A DNA stretch of 64,000 bases from Phoronis australis (lineage: Eukaryota; Animalia; Phoronida): positions 385,737 through 449,736 of the forward strand of contig NMRA01000257.1 in the NCBI GenBank assembly GCA_002633005.1. The letters are read 5' to 3'. The position numbers and the translations under genes are program-made. Below, one piece after another: positions 1 to 14,400 of the stretch (position 1 is its first letter; every line of letters starts with the position of its first letter). The notes under the pieces are model-generated. The model ran no database searches and was not told the origin of the DNA. It worked only from the letters and a program-made list of their open reading frames with translations.

Positions 1-2407
1 CACTGGGCACCAGTCCCGGCATCTGGGTCTGCTGCCGGTGTCTGTGGTGAGAGAACCTTTGAGGCTGCACCTGCTGATACAAACTTCCATTCTCCTGCTG
101 TTGATATCTCCCGTACTGCGCACACTGCATTGGGCAAGAGGGTATCCAAGATGACATTCGCTCAACTTGGGGTGTTACTACTTGTAAGATGGGACTCTTC
201 CTGTTTGTCGCCAGCCACACCTGCTGGCCAGCATTAGCAGCACTGGCTGGTAACTGATGCTGCATTGGAGAGACAGATGGAAATGAATTGCGAGGCATTG
301 GGTTGTAACCAGAAGATGATGTATGGCATGACTCTACTGAGGCGGCTGCATGCCAACTATGACGTATTTGGCCTCTTTGCTCAACAGGTCTCTGGTAAGC
401 TTGTGGCTTGATAGAAAAATCTTGTCTGCCAACAGCACACAAGTCACCTTCATCAGGAGGTACTGGGGAAACCCTTTCACAAACTGGTTGATACAATCCA
501 ACACACAGGCGCTTCTTCTGAGGGCTGTCAACCAGTTGAGGATGAAATCTTTTCTTGAATGGAACCAAAGGTTGGTTTTCAGATACCCGCTTAGAGGTAT
601 TCAAGTTGCAGTTTTTAGTCTGTGACACTTGCCCAACATTGTTGGCTTGACTGACATTGTCTTCCAGTCTGAAGGCTACGCCACCAAGTTTTGAAAGGAG
701 CAATTTTACTGCTGACCTTGTCTCAGCTGGGAGCAGTTCCTCGTCCTGTGTCTCGTACAAGTTAATGAGATCTTTGATAGACATATCAAGGACATTAGAT
801 GACAAGATTGTGCTTGAGGTTTGCTTACTATCTGAACAATTCTTCGCCACATCTTGATGAATCTCAGCAGAACAATTCTTTTCAGACTCTGTATTGCTGT
901 CAGAAGGGATGACGTTGAAGACTGATAAGTCTTCTCCTGTGCTGCTGGGAGTTGGTTGTTCATTTCCTGAACAGCAGCTATCATTGCTGTTGCTGGTCTC
1001 CACCTCTGATGTAACAACACGTGAGCTACTACAGATTTCGTCTACCTCTTGTTTAACTAGTAGACATGCTGGCTGTACTCTACAAGGAGTTTTTACATTA
1101 CTGCAATCTTGTTCCACTTCCATAGCTGTATATTTGTGCACGCCGTCATTGACATTTGCCGACAGTGATGAACGTAAAGGTGGATCCACTGATGTCCCTG
1201 GATTAACGTTTTCGGAGCACAAAACTTCTTTATGATTTGGAAACTGAATTTGAGTTGCATCAACACTGTCCGTGCAGGCAGAAGTGTCCAATTCAATTGA
1301 CTCCTCCATCACATTTGACTCTTCAGTCACATTTGACTCCTCCGTCACACTTGACTCCTTTGTCACACTTGACTCCTTTGTCACACTTGACTCCTCCGTC
1401 ACACTTGACTCCTCCGTCACATTTGACTCCTCCGTCACATTTGACTCTTCTGTCACATTTGACTCCTCCGTCACATTCGTATCCTCTGTCACATTTGACG
1501 TTAAGCCATTGCAGCCATCTCTGGTCGTCTGTTGCACTTCAACATCGGTATCATCAGTAGGGCTGCAATCTCTGTCCACCAGGTGGTGCTTTGGGCAAGG
1601 CTTCAGACTGATGAAACTGTTGCTGGTTTTGTTAGACGAATTTTGCACTAGTTCACTTGCTTCCCCTTCATCACCACTTACAGCTACTTCAAGAGTCCAA
1701 TCCTTGCACGTGTTTTCACTACTTTCACATGCTGAGGAGGAAGTTGCAGGGCTAGAGTTGCTCATGTGGGAAATGTTTTGATGTTCCATGAACACAGACG
1801 GCACATCCTGGTGACTGCTGCAGGATACTGAACTTTCACACCAACCTGAGCAAGCGTCACCTGAATCATCACAATCAGCACCTGACTCAAGCCAACGCAA
1901 ATCGACATCTCCACTTTGGGAAACTCCCTCAATTGAGAGCTCTTCAGTGTGTCCTCTGTTGGCAGCTAACAAACACCCACTTCTCTTGATATCATCAGTT
2001 AGGCTTGCGGTGTCAGTGCCATCAACACTTCCTTCAACACGATTCTCCTTCTTAAACGGAGTTGTACAATCACGATCTACGTGAACACTGGAGCAGTCTG
2101 CCACTAACGTGTTGCTGGGTGCAACAGAGGACACAGAAGAGACAACTTGATCATGACAAGCGGACAGCGCTTCACTAGAATCCCCAGTTGTAGGAGAGGG
2201 TTCACTTGTAACCTCTGCTGTCACAGGTGGTTCATGTGCATCCATGGTAACATTCCCTCCAAAGCCATCAGAAGCTGGGACATCAGTGACTTCATTATCC
2301 CATGTATTGAAGTGAATGTCCTCAGGGTCTGATTGTTCACCATCCGTTTGTTCACAAGCTTCGTCTTCTGAGCAAGACTCCTCCTTGGCATGACTCAGCA
2401 GTTTAGT
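1..2407 (-). CDS. DUF3715-family gene large exon (>=2407 bp, runs off the window): Ser/Glu/Asp-rich then Gln/Pro-rich region
   Basis: Acceptor tttctctgtcttcag|ACT, phase 0. I read the frame open to the window edge (TKLLSHAKEESCSEDE...VTEESNVTEES...PFKKRFHP...PQKKRLC...QQTQMPGLVP). It is absent from the ORF track because there is no stop in the window. Confidence 0.88.
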
Positions 2408-5400
2408 CTGAAGACAGAGAAACAATAACGTGAACTTTTTGACACAAAGCGGCATATTTATGATACAATCCAGGTTTTTAGTACATTTTCAATGTAATAG
2501 CTCTCCTATGCAAAGCAACTTGTCAAATGCATCTATGTAACCTAAACCTGCATTTTAATCCGGTTTAGCTATCAAATGTTTAATTCAAAATCGAAGAGCT
2601 TTTAGGTTTTAAAAACATTACCACACCCACATGATCTTGAATCATTGTCGAATTACCCAGCAAGTGAAGACGTAGGCAAAGTGTACATTTGCGATTTTCG
2701 AATCCGCAATTTTAGGGCTGGCTGCCACCAATACACTTTGAAGTGTTTCCGTGAGTCGCTTAAGGTTTCAATTTTCTTTTAAGTAACGGAACTAAAATCT
2801 CATCATGGTAAGGAATGAGACTGATTTTGTGAGTACACTAGGCCAAATTAAACTTTCGTTTTTTCACCAGCTAAATAGGACAAAATGAACTTGAAAAATG
2901 ACGATTTTCTGAGTCTAGCCCCCAATAATGTATGACAACCAGTGGCCCAGGATCAAGATTTGATTTGGATTGCAACACATGTATACCAATATTTCCATGA
3001 TCATCCTTGGAGTGATTTCGGTCGGTAGAAAGGCAGACGCCAAAAAAAAAGACCCGAAAACAGTGAAAGCAGCCACTAGGTGGAGTAGAATACAACAAAT
3101 CCATCCAAAAACAAGAAAGTGGTTACATCTCCTAAATAGATACCTATTTGGTAAATTTCATGATAATTTTGTCGCGGAACTCCGAAAATACAGAGACAAA
3201 TGCAAAAACTAAAATTATCACTAGGAGGCACAATGGCAATTGTAACTGTCCTAAAATTCCCTCATGCTATCTAATTAATGGCAAGAACATGCCCGCAAAA
3301 TTTCATGAACATCCATCAAGGGGTTTTGAAGATACAGCAGCAGATGCCAGATGGACGAGATAATTTTTTTATTGCAAACTACTGAAAGTACAATTATTTC
3401 GAAAAATGCAATTACAAAACCAAGTTACCCAACTGCACAGGACACAGTGCCTAAAAACTTTCCTCAGCAGAAAATGATTCTCATCTCTAGATTGTTCATG
3501 GCATTGGTCAGTAAAATGCCTTCCAACACTGGACTGCGTTACATCAATTGCAGGAGATTTCTCAATTCATTGATGGAAGAAACCAATTCCTCTTTATGAT
3601 AAGGAAATTTAATTGGTAATTTTTGGGTAGAGACAATAACCATACTTCAAGATTTCCACGTTCAGGATAAGGTAGGGAGATATGCCCATTGTACATTGTT
3701 TATTTTTATTTTTTTATGTATTTATTATCATTTACAAACAATTACAAAAACAAACAAACAAATAAGTACACCATTCATTCACGCATGCACACCTCAGGAA
3801 GACCATTCTCATAATCTCGTTTAAAGTAAATATCTTCTACATGAAGTTAACATGAACAATAAATTTTTCCCATTTTGCAGAGAAGCTGTCATGTACAAAG
3901 TTTTTATGTACATTGTTTATTACTCACATGTCGGTTAGTGTCACATTCTTTAGTTACTTGTTCCTTATTAGCCCACTTGGACACAGTAACCTGTAAGAAA
4001 GGACATTAGGAAGCATCACAACAGAAGCCTGGCAAACACAACCACAACCACAGGTATTAGCAACAGGCTTTAGTAGAGCACGTGTGGTCTGTAACATTGA
4101 ACCTTACTTTGAAATCCAAATAGCGGGAATATGAGAAACTGACAAATACCATCTAGGCAATGCAACAAGCGAATATACATATCAACCTTTTAAATCCTTA
4201 CTTCCTTTCTGGACGACAGAACACTAACTTCTGCTTCAAAAAAGTCTGAAGATCTAAATACATTATTCCACATCCACACAAATACTACTGCCATATTTTC
4301 TTGAGAATTCATTTTATCCCGAAACTGAAGGTCGAGTTAGGCAAATTCCCAGATGAAATGAATTCAAGTTAGGATATCACAGTAGTATTCCTACGTACGT
4401 AGGATATTCCACTTATCCCATACATCCAAACTTATTTGCACTGCAGCGATACCCTGGTGCTGTGTGCGTAAGGACTTGTTATATGACTTAAAATATATGC
4501 TAAGCGTACCCATGCCAGTGAAGCAAAAGGATCCACTATAATGTTGGGTGACTAGCAAGGTTTTATTTTATAACACATCCTCAAGAATTTTAAGTTTGCA
4601 AAAGATACAAATTAAGACCTGGAACCATTCAATAATGCTGAAAGTTCACTGGAAACTTGGAAACAATCCATCTGGGAGTAAAGCATTTACTGAGGAGTTG
4701 TGCAGCAATGTGTCTAGCTTCAATGTTTTTGTTAGTTTTCTAGGTTTATTTTTCGTTTCTAAGCTTATGGAATTGATGCTGCAGTAAAAGTATTTCCTCC
4801 ATTGACCACTACATTGGAAAATAACAATGGAAACTGTGATTATTCAAGAAACAATATCTAATTGTGAAGGTTTAAAGGTGATTTCATGTCAGAAAATGGC
4901 TATTGGTGTTCGCGACCAATTCTGCAGCATTATCACAGACCACCTACCACTGATAGTCTTTTTAGCCTGACCACTGGTCTGAGATAGATAGGTAGGCTGT
5001 CATCTAACATGCTGGATTTGCAGGTCTGTGTCACACCTTCGTCATGCTTTTCTGACCCACAGCTGGCATCAGACATATCCGTACTTTCACAACTGAACAA
5101 GTTGCGTTGGGTTTTATGTGCCGTCAGATCGGCAGAAAATTGCTTTGCGTCATGCAAAACTAACTTCTTCATGCTTCCAGGACAAAACCTCCGATATGTT
5201 GGTGGGACAGTAGTGGCCTGCTGACTTTTCACCTCACTCTTCACAGGACTTGTTGCATTATGGCCATCACTCGAACGTCTAAATATTGTCCTGTTGGTAA
5301 GCCATGACTTCAAACTATGCTTTCCTGAATGATCAGCTATAGAAGGACACTTGCTCCTCATAAAAAGAGATTTACTAAAGAGTGATGTACAAGAGGAATT

Positions 5401-8400
5401 AGCCTTAACTAGCTCACACTGAGCCATGTTTTCACAGGATGAAACAATCTCCTCTTTAATGCTTGCCTTTGATGTGAGCGCCGTAGTATCAACGACTTTA
5501 TCTTTAACAGTCGATAGGTTAATGCAGTCGGACTTAGTCACTATAGGATGATGGCCGTCATAAGAACATATTGCACTTTTCTCCTCTCTACTAGTGATAG
5601 AACTGTCCTGAGTACCTAAAACACAGTGCATGTCAGATAAAGGTGCCATTTTTGAGCAAGTTTCGTTGTCTTCTTTCTTCACGCGTTGTCCGTCCATAGC
5701 TGAACCCAAGCTGCTGGGTTTACCTGCCTTTCTCTCTTTTTTCGGTAAATCAGCCTGTTTGAAGCTTCGTGAATTACTGTCTCTATCCTCCACTGTCCTT
5801 TGGGAAACATGCTCCTTGCTCACAAGCTTCAGTTTCCTGTCTTTGTTCAAGCACGATGAAGCAGGAATAGGTTCAATCCCTGTTCGTTTCCGACCGGGGT
5901 AGTCATCAACTGAAACAGCTCTGCCACCATTAGCCTCTTTCACAAGATGGCCACTTTTCTCCACATGCTCACCAATGGAGTCCCTGCTCATGTGAATACT
6001 AAGAGAATCTTTATCCCTTTTCTGTTTCTTTTTCTTTTTGCATTTATCAGCAGTGTTTGAAATGTCCGTCAAGCTATCAGACTTAAAACTCATACCTTTG
6101 CCAAGTTCATGGCCATCAGCAGTTTTACAGCTCGGGGTCGACATACACTTAGAAGGTTTACTGCTCCGTTTTTTAGTATGCTCCCTTTTCAATTGTTTGC
6201 TCTCCCTCTCATGTTCATTGACATCGAGACGAACTGCACCGTTTCCACTGTCTTGCACCAGCATCACGTCAATATCCTTATTCATGCCTTCTTTAGACGT
6301 TTTGACGAAAAAACTTTTAGGACTGTTAGTTGAGGTTCTTTTGACAGAAGTTTTATGAGAATCGCACTCTATATGATACGGAGGGAAAATGTAGTGACCA
6401 CATATATAGGTAGTGTTACCGTATAACTGATCGTCAACACCAGAAACCTCACTAGGAGAGCACGTCAAGACAACTTCCTCCTTAATACCACCACTGTCAT
6501 CCAACAAAGGCTTGCCAATACCAGTCGAGCTATTCTCTTTGCAAGACGTTTTGCTGGATTTGGTAACTAGCTGGATACGTTCACCTGATTGGTAGTTGTT
6601 TGTAAGCCACTCCGAGTCATTCAGTTTAGTACACACCCGTGACACATTGTTGGACTGAGACATGTGAGATATCACAGCGGGTTCACAAGTCTTGCCTGTG
6701 GACGTCACGGGCACACTCTCAAGAGACACTACTGCATAAGGTAACACATGACGAGGTCGCTTCCTGGGTAGGGCTTTATCGTCATACTCATATAGATAGA
6801 CCTGTTAAGAGACGGGAGAAACTAGCAGTTAGTTACAACTCTGCTGAAAGATGACTAGGGTGGGACACCTATATTGCAGCAAATAAATAAATTAAAAACT
6901 CTCTGGTATAGCATTGCCCTACCCCAATGAAAATGTAGCTAAACTAATTTTCTAATGCTTAATTTTCTAAATCAGTCAACTTCCAGGAGAAAACAACCTG
7001 TGCGAAGTCAAACTCAAGTTAGCAAAGTGAAGCTACATAAACTTTGTCTGCATAGCAGTCTCTGCCTCCTACCACAAGCTGCAGGTGGTGCTGGCCAACT
7101 GTCATGCTGGGAATAATTGGGGTCATTAAGTAAAAAGAAAATTACACATAAGTGGATTACCTTCATCAATTATTTATAGATGTCTGCACGCAAACTACTA
7201 AAATTGCGAATATTCTACCTTGCTATCTTGTCCATCTATTACACAAGTCTAAACGTTAATAACACCAAAACACAGCATGCGCGTTTATCAACATCATGTT
7301 GGCATATAAACACAGTGTCATAACACAGTACAGCACATCCCTTGTTACTCGGTGAAATGAAATTTCTCCAAGTGTGTTGCTCCGTTTCTGCTAGGATTTT
7401 TCTGATTTTTTCTGTGGATAGATCATTCCAAGGACTATCACAAATGTTTCATTTCTTTTTCTCTAGGTATTATCGTTCTCGAGATTTTGCGAGGACTGGT
7501 CTCCACTAAACAGAGTTTTTGTGCTGCATCTACGGCGTTACTACATAAATCTGTCTGACATTTGGTATGTGGATAGATCTTTTCAAGCGCTAACACCATA
7601 GTGAAACCCACTGTTCCTTACGACTTCATGTTCTCAAGATATTCCAGATTTACCGCTCAGACAGTTAGTTATCAATAGCTGTTTTTTGTTACTCTATATT
7701 TGACGCATTTTTCGTCTCACTGACATGAAATTTACGCACATATTTGTTTAGTAAATAGGTGGAGGACATTTGTTTTTAGGCGAAATCGGACACAAGATGG
7801 CGCAGTGACGGCCCTTTCTTCGAATTATGTTTGTCATTGAGGAGCTTTAACTAAACGAGCCTTTGACCAAACTTTTTTAAATTTGATATGTAAATAGATC
7901 TCCGAACAGGCGATCTAATACGTTGGCCTAATAGGCATTGAGGTCACCATTGTTGATGTTCTTGGTTTCGTCGTTGACCTCACATTAATGGAGGCCCTGA
8001 CTGACAACTGCCAAGCTAAATTTAATTTAATTGCTAAGAAAACAAAATATTTTTAAGACAAAAAGAAAATTATTTTAAAAGCAAATCATGTTCAAAAAGA
8101 AAATCTGATACAAAGCAATTTCAAAAATATTTTGAAAGAAAAAAGTTTAAAAGGGACAAAAAATTAAAAGTAAAACGTGGTTAAATAGAAAATCTGATGA
8201 AAAACATTTTTAAAAATATTTTGAAAGTAAAACAGTTTCAAAAATATAAACAATTATTGAAACCAAAATAAAATCACCATTAAAGACAAAACTCTTGCTT
8301 TTCCTTTGCACTTTCAAATGATTTTAAAATGAAAGCAGCCCCCACCCACAGCTCATTCACTGACAATTATCACAGGAATGTAGGTCTATTTGTGGCCATA

Positions 8401-11400
8401 TGTACAACCATTCATTGATAGATTAAGCTGACTAAGTGACCTAATGTTTGTAAACAGCAAGTTAATGAGCCTGTAGCAAAAGGGCCCAACAAAATGTTGG
8501 GTGGGCCAATAAAAGATTAATCTGGACTGTGAACACTCATAATGATACCAAGGAAATTCCACATAACAACAGAGACAAAAGATTAAAGAGAATTTTCAGA
8601 CAGGTTAACAACAAATACAGATACTGGATGGAGACTGCAGTGAACTGAAATATGAAAATGAACCCAGCAAATTAGCTATATCTGATGCTTGGTGATTGGT
8701 GGAATATTTTGGAACTTGGTTGGCTATGTTGTTACTAAACGAAAAACAGCATTTTTACACCGATTTCCACAGAAGATTCCTAGTGTCAACGAGTGAAATT
8801 TTCTTTAACTCGGTCAACTTGGGTAAAAATCTTGCCAGCGAAAATGAAAAACTACACAAAAACGTTGACAACCAAGAGGACAGGAAACACATCTAATAAA
8901 TATGAAATTCTGGACAAGGAGCTAGCTGCAGTTATTAATTTGCGTCATTTCTTCCCAAAACTTCAGTTACAATGATGTGCATTTAGCGCCAGTGCCCAAG
9001 GAGTGAGTCCCCGTTGACATTGTCCGACCTGTTTGTATTTAATTGAAATGCCAGCATACTCGTCCCATCGTTCAGGTAATTAGAACTTGGATACATCATA
9101 TAAATACACACAGACAGGACAATTTCTCCAGGGTGACACTGATTTTTTTTAAGTGTCAGCTGTGCAACAATTTTTCACAGATCTTCACGCAAACGTTCGT
9201 TGTCACGCAGCAGAAAGTACTGGTTTAGTACCCTGAAAGTCAGTTATCTTCTGCTCAGCTGGACAATAGGTCATACAGGGTGCATTAAATTCTGATTAAT
9301 AGAGGGACAATAAACTTGGGGCAATAAAATGTGCACTAAACTGGCTGATTTTCACCAAGATTTCCTGTCATAACAGCTAAGCCAGCTCTACTGCTTGACC
9401 CAGAAAAATTTCCGTCAGCTTTCATGAGTAAGCCACTTGTGCTGGTTAAAGAACATATTTTGATCGTAACTTATTTTTCTCACTTTAACTTTGAAAACTA
9501 TGCCAAGGTGACCATTACCTCTCTTCTTAGATACAGCACCAACAACATTTTCTAGCTTGGCCTGAATTTTTTGCACTGACCTGGAAAATTAGGTCACCAA
9601 TTTGGAATGGAACCAGGAAATGTCCCACGAACACACTGGTGCAAAGCAAGACCAAAATTCATAACTTCTTTCCTGAGTTAATGAGTCACCAACTTCAGTA
9701 CGGTAATGACTGTCGAAACTCCATGGCAACTCGTGACACAGGACTAGCAAAAAAGTGTGAACTGTGTATTCAAGGTCCACTGGGGGCATCCTGCGAAGGT
9801 GACAGTCAATGCCTGATGAGACTTTTTAATCGATGCGCTCTTTAATAGCAACCAAATTTCTCCTATTTCAGGTAACCATGGGGAAGAAAAATTTTCTTTC
9901 GTTTTTGCAAAAATTCACATTTCCGACTACTTTTCAATTTTTGGTAAATTTTCTTATGATTTCCTTTCATGATGTTCGACACAATGTCAGCACAATGTTT
10001 TCAACTGCCGAGTACTTTTCCTGGAGGGGGCATATCCATAAAAATGATGATCCCTGACATAACATGTTGTTTGTATCTCACAATCAGGATGTGTACAGCA
10101 CAAACAAACCTCCAACAGTTCACACATACTTACAGAAGAATGGATCAGCTGTGACCTTAAGTGATCTTCCACTGCAGCTTCAGTTGAAGAGATGTGCCCG
10201 CAACAGTTTGGTGTTGGATCAAGACTGGCTCGAGATTTGCTTGGCTCGACTTTTTTTACTTTACCCAAAGCCACCTGGTGATTCAAGAGAGAACCAGTTC
10301 CATGACTCGAAATTAACTACAGTTACCTATAACATACTCCAATACATACGACTTACCTTGAAAATTTAATACTATACTAGTGCAAAATGGTGAATTTAGC
10401 CCAGTTTGTGGACAAACGGTAACGCTTTTGCGGAGTGATTACTATTTCAAACACTGCCAAGAGAGGGAGCAACACAATTCAAGATCCATAGCAGCTAGCA
10501 TACGAATTACCCAACTCAAAACTGCCAATGGAGAGAGCCAGTGTACCAAGTTGAATTCCTTGCAATAGACTGCATGTAGAAGTCTCCAAATCCAACGACT
10601 TATACAAGAATTCTAAACCTCAAGCAAGGCAGTCACATTGGAGGACTGTCTTTGTAAAGGAGGTTTGTAGCTGGGCTTTCAAATACGGAGTGATACATTG
10701 CAACTTTCTCTCCCCGAGTGGCCTTCCAGGCAGATCTTCCCTGAAAATCCTTCAAAATCTTCCCCACTGTTAAGTGATCCATGTAACCATTGTCTGCTTT
10801 CACAATATGCAAGCCATGTTACAAACCCTATCACGAGTAATTGCCAAAAATACAGAATTTTCAGTACATTAAATCTAACTTCTTCTTAAATGGATTTAAA
10901 AGGATGATTTATGCCATTTTTATTATATTTCTACCCGTAATGTTTCTTTAACATTACTCATTCTATTTATAGCCACTACTTTTGCATTCACACACCTCAT
11001 CCCATACCACAAGCAAAAAGATTCTGATAAATACTGCAAACAAAATATACGCAAATCAGTAAATTTCGCGGTGAAAAGCAGTCATGAAATTATCATTTGC
11101 ATTGCAACTACTAATTAAAGGTAAAGTTTTTATTCGCAAAAACTATAGGACAAATTGTGTTTGCTGAATTTTCTACTCATAGTAGCATGTATATAAGCAC
11201 TCAAACAAAACAAAACCGACATAGGGGCTCATACTTGTTCAATGAAAACAAATTTGGTTGTACATGCCAGAAATTGTTCATTACTTACTTTCATTTTACA
11301 TGAGAATTAGAAGACAAGAACGTTAAGTTCTATTAAGAGAACTCAGATTGCATTAACCTGTTAGTGATAATAAGTCATTTGGGAAGAGCAATTCAAATAA

Positions 11401-14400
11401 ATTTCAATTATAAAGATATAGTAAAACACTAAATTTTGATTTAGATCCCTTATCGGCCAGTCTCAATAAGTGTTCTTAACTTAGTACAACTTCTGCACTT
11501 GAATAGAAGAGGTAGTTCAGGTTATTCTTTGACTACGGACTCAACAGGTTGGCTTGAGCCTGTAAATATAGTTGTTTACGCACAGGTAACCAGTCTAGCT
11601 GGTGGTCGCTTTACATGACCAGCCTGTTCTACAGCAGTACAAACTGTCACTGGTTGCCAAGCCCAGAAATTACCTGCAGCGTAATACAAGAAGGTTTAAG
11701 TACACACGTGGCGTGAGTTCCGTAGACCTATAGTTTCTTGCGAGAAATGCGACAACTCACATCTGACTTTGCGAGATATCACCACGCATTACAAGGGAAA
11801 CATGTGATCACACTAATGATCAGCACTGTAGGATTTCAATAGATAGAGCTCAAATAGTTCAACGGAATGTTTATGTCTGATAGTAGACAACCCAAATCCT
11901 TCAACTTAACATCAACATGAAATAAACCCTTCAACTTGCCAACAGACACAAATCCACAGCTCAAGTCCACAGCCCAAGACCACAGTTCAGGTCCACAGCC
12001 CAAGACCACTGTCCAAGTCCACAGCCCAGACCACAGCCCACAGCCCAACTCCACAGCCGAGACCACAGTCCANACAGCCCAGACCACAGACCACAGCTCA
12101 GACCACAGCCCACAGCTCAGACCACAGCCCACAGCCCAACTCCACAGCCGAGACCACAGTCCAAGTCCACAACCAAGACCACAGCCAAGACCACAGTCCA
12201 AGTCCACAGGCAGACTGTTGAGCCAGCAGCACCTCACTCTAGCCTACATCTAGTGACAATGGTACCACTATACACACACACTACCTCCACAACTGGAACA
12301 ACTGAAGGGTCACCAGACCACACTACCAGCTAACAGCCCTGAGATCAATAGACTGAATGAAAAAGTGACCAGGTGAATAGAACAAAAGGTTGAATAACAC
12401 ATTATGTTGATACAGTGATGCAGTTGTTCCCAGCATCCAACCACCTCAATACAAGAACAGATGGGGAGTCAAGAAGCACTGGGCTTTAGGACTAGACCAA
12501 CAGAATGGTGCACCATGCAAGATTCTTAACTCTCCAACCATTTTCCCCATTCAGACCAAAAGTATGACCAGATTCCTCACAGTGGGTGTAACACAACCAA
12601 GTCATAGGTGCCACTGTAGCTGGATTACCTTTCGATTCTCAGTCCAGTAAAAATTAAAACGTTTCTGTATCATATTTCTCCACTGGATGACTCATCTCCA
12701 TTATCACTTGTAAGATAGTTCCAAGAGTAATCCCGCAGTATTAACCTCGGAGCAACCCAGTCTCAAGGTAATTATACCATAAGTTTTCTTTTTACTGGCA
12801 AACACTGCTGGTGTCCCTTCTTAGCTTCAAATGGAAATGCACGGGGTGCTTCGTACAGACATCGTTATTCTTTTTACCAATACAAGTAATATGCAAATGT
12901 ACATTCGGTGTACATTTCCATGGGGTATATGTTAACGAACAGATTTAAAGTACTGCCTGTAGACCAATGTCAAAAGTTATTCACCTATTCATTGATGAAG
13001 CGAAAAAGAAGCCAAACTATGAAGCACACAAGCTTGATCACTACAACTGACTCATCAGGACAAGATTCTCAGTACTAAATGTGACACGCGATGGTGTGCA
13101 AAGGCAACGCTCGAGTCCACAGTGATTTTGGTTTTCAACACTTCCCATCCGAAAAGTAAATAGAATAGAGAAAATGACCATGCCACATGATAGAGGATCC
13201 AAGGAAATTCTACATTTTCCACCACTGGCAATGAATGATGTCTTGAAGACTTGGCCAGCTTTAGTTTTCAAGTGTCTAGTAGACTGTAAATCTTGTCATA
13301 TTTTATCATTTATTCAAAAGCTTTTACTAGAACAGAACGCAATGCAGATAACATCCTTGATTTACCATAAGAAGATGGACGTATTTTAATTTCCTTTACA
13401 TTCCACAGACCGGGCCTCAATCTGAAAATGCCGTTTTTCAGAAACCCAGCATTTATTACTTAGTCCAAAATTTTAACGATAAAGAGGCATTTACGTATAA
13501 ACTTCAACAAACCTTCTATTGGATTCTGTTAGCAGTCTTAACAATTGAGTGTACCACTTTTCGAACCCATCTGATTAAAGTCACTTTAAACAACACTAGA
13601 AAGTGATTTTCCATGTTCCAGTACATCCAAATATGTAGCTAATGTCATTACAAACTGTGACAAATTTACAGCTTTAGTTATGCAATGACTGAGGTCATGA
13701 AATAATTAAGGGCCAGACTTGACTTGCAGACTACAACTGCCTGCGACTTACCATACTTATTTATGTATGAACTTTGTTTAACATTTGAATCTTTGTTCCA
13801 GTTCACTCTGGAAGCCACTCTATAAATTTTTTATGAACTCTTCAACGAAACCAAAAAATAAACCAGAAACAAAGGATAGATCGTCTACGCATGACGTGGA
13901 GGCTGTCACTCGTTGCCGTGCTTAGCTTCGCTTTCGTATCTCACAAGGATATTATTGACATCTCTATAAATGGGGCTTAACATACACAAATGAGTTTACA
14001 TCTCCAAAAATGATAAACTATTGATGGGTCAACATTATACATGTGGTCAACTGTACACATTTTGGATTTAGGCAGCCATTTATAGAACTAGGTCATTCGA
14101 CAGGTACTGAAAATGTAAATAAGTGAAGCAATCGATGAGCCCTGCAGTCATCAGACTTTGAAAAAATGTTTGTCAGGGAATCACTGATAAATAAATACTC
14201 TTGTCTTAAAGGTATAGACCCAAACTTCTTTCGTGTGTACGCACATAAAACTTGAACTGGGAACAAACGCACATTCCACCAAGTCCCCATTTTTGTCGTC
14301 ACCTCAGTACAATATATAATGTCATACAAACTAAGCCGAACACAATTCCAATTGTAGCGACTCACTGCTGCTGCCAGCACAGAATCACATGGACGAATCA

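Noticed and set aside
334-6854. Many short + strand and off-frame ORFs
   Set aside because: Shadows of the two large minus-strand exons.
11836-12253. Trp/Gly/Cys-rich and Pro/Gln/Thr-rich ORFs on both strands
   Set aside because: Products of a hexamer-based minisatellite.
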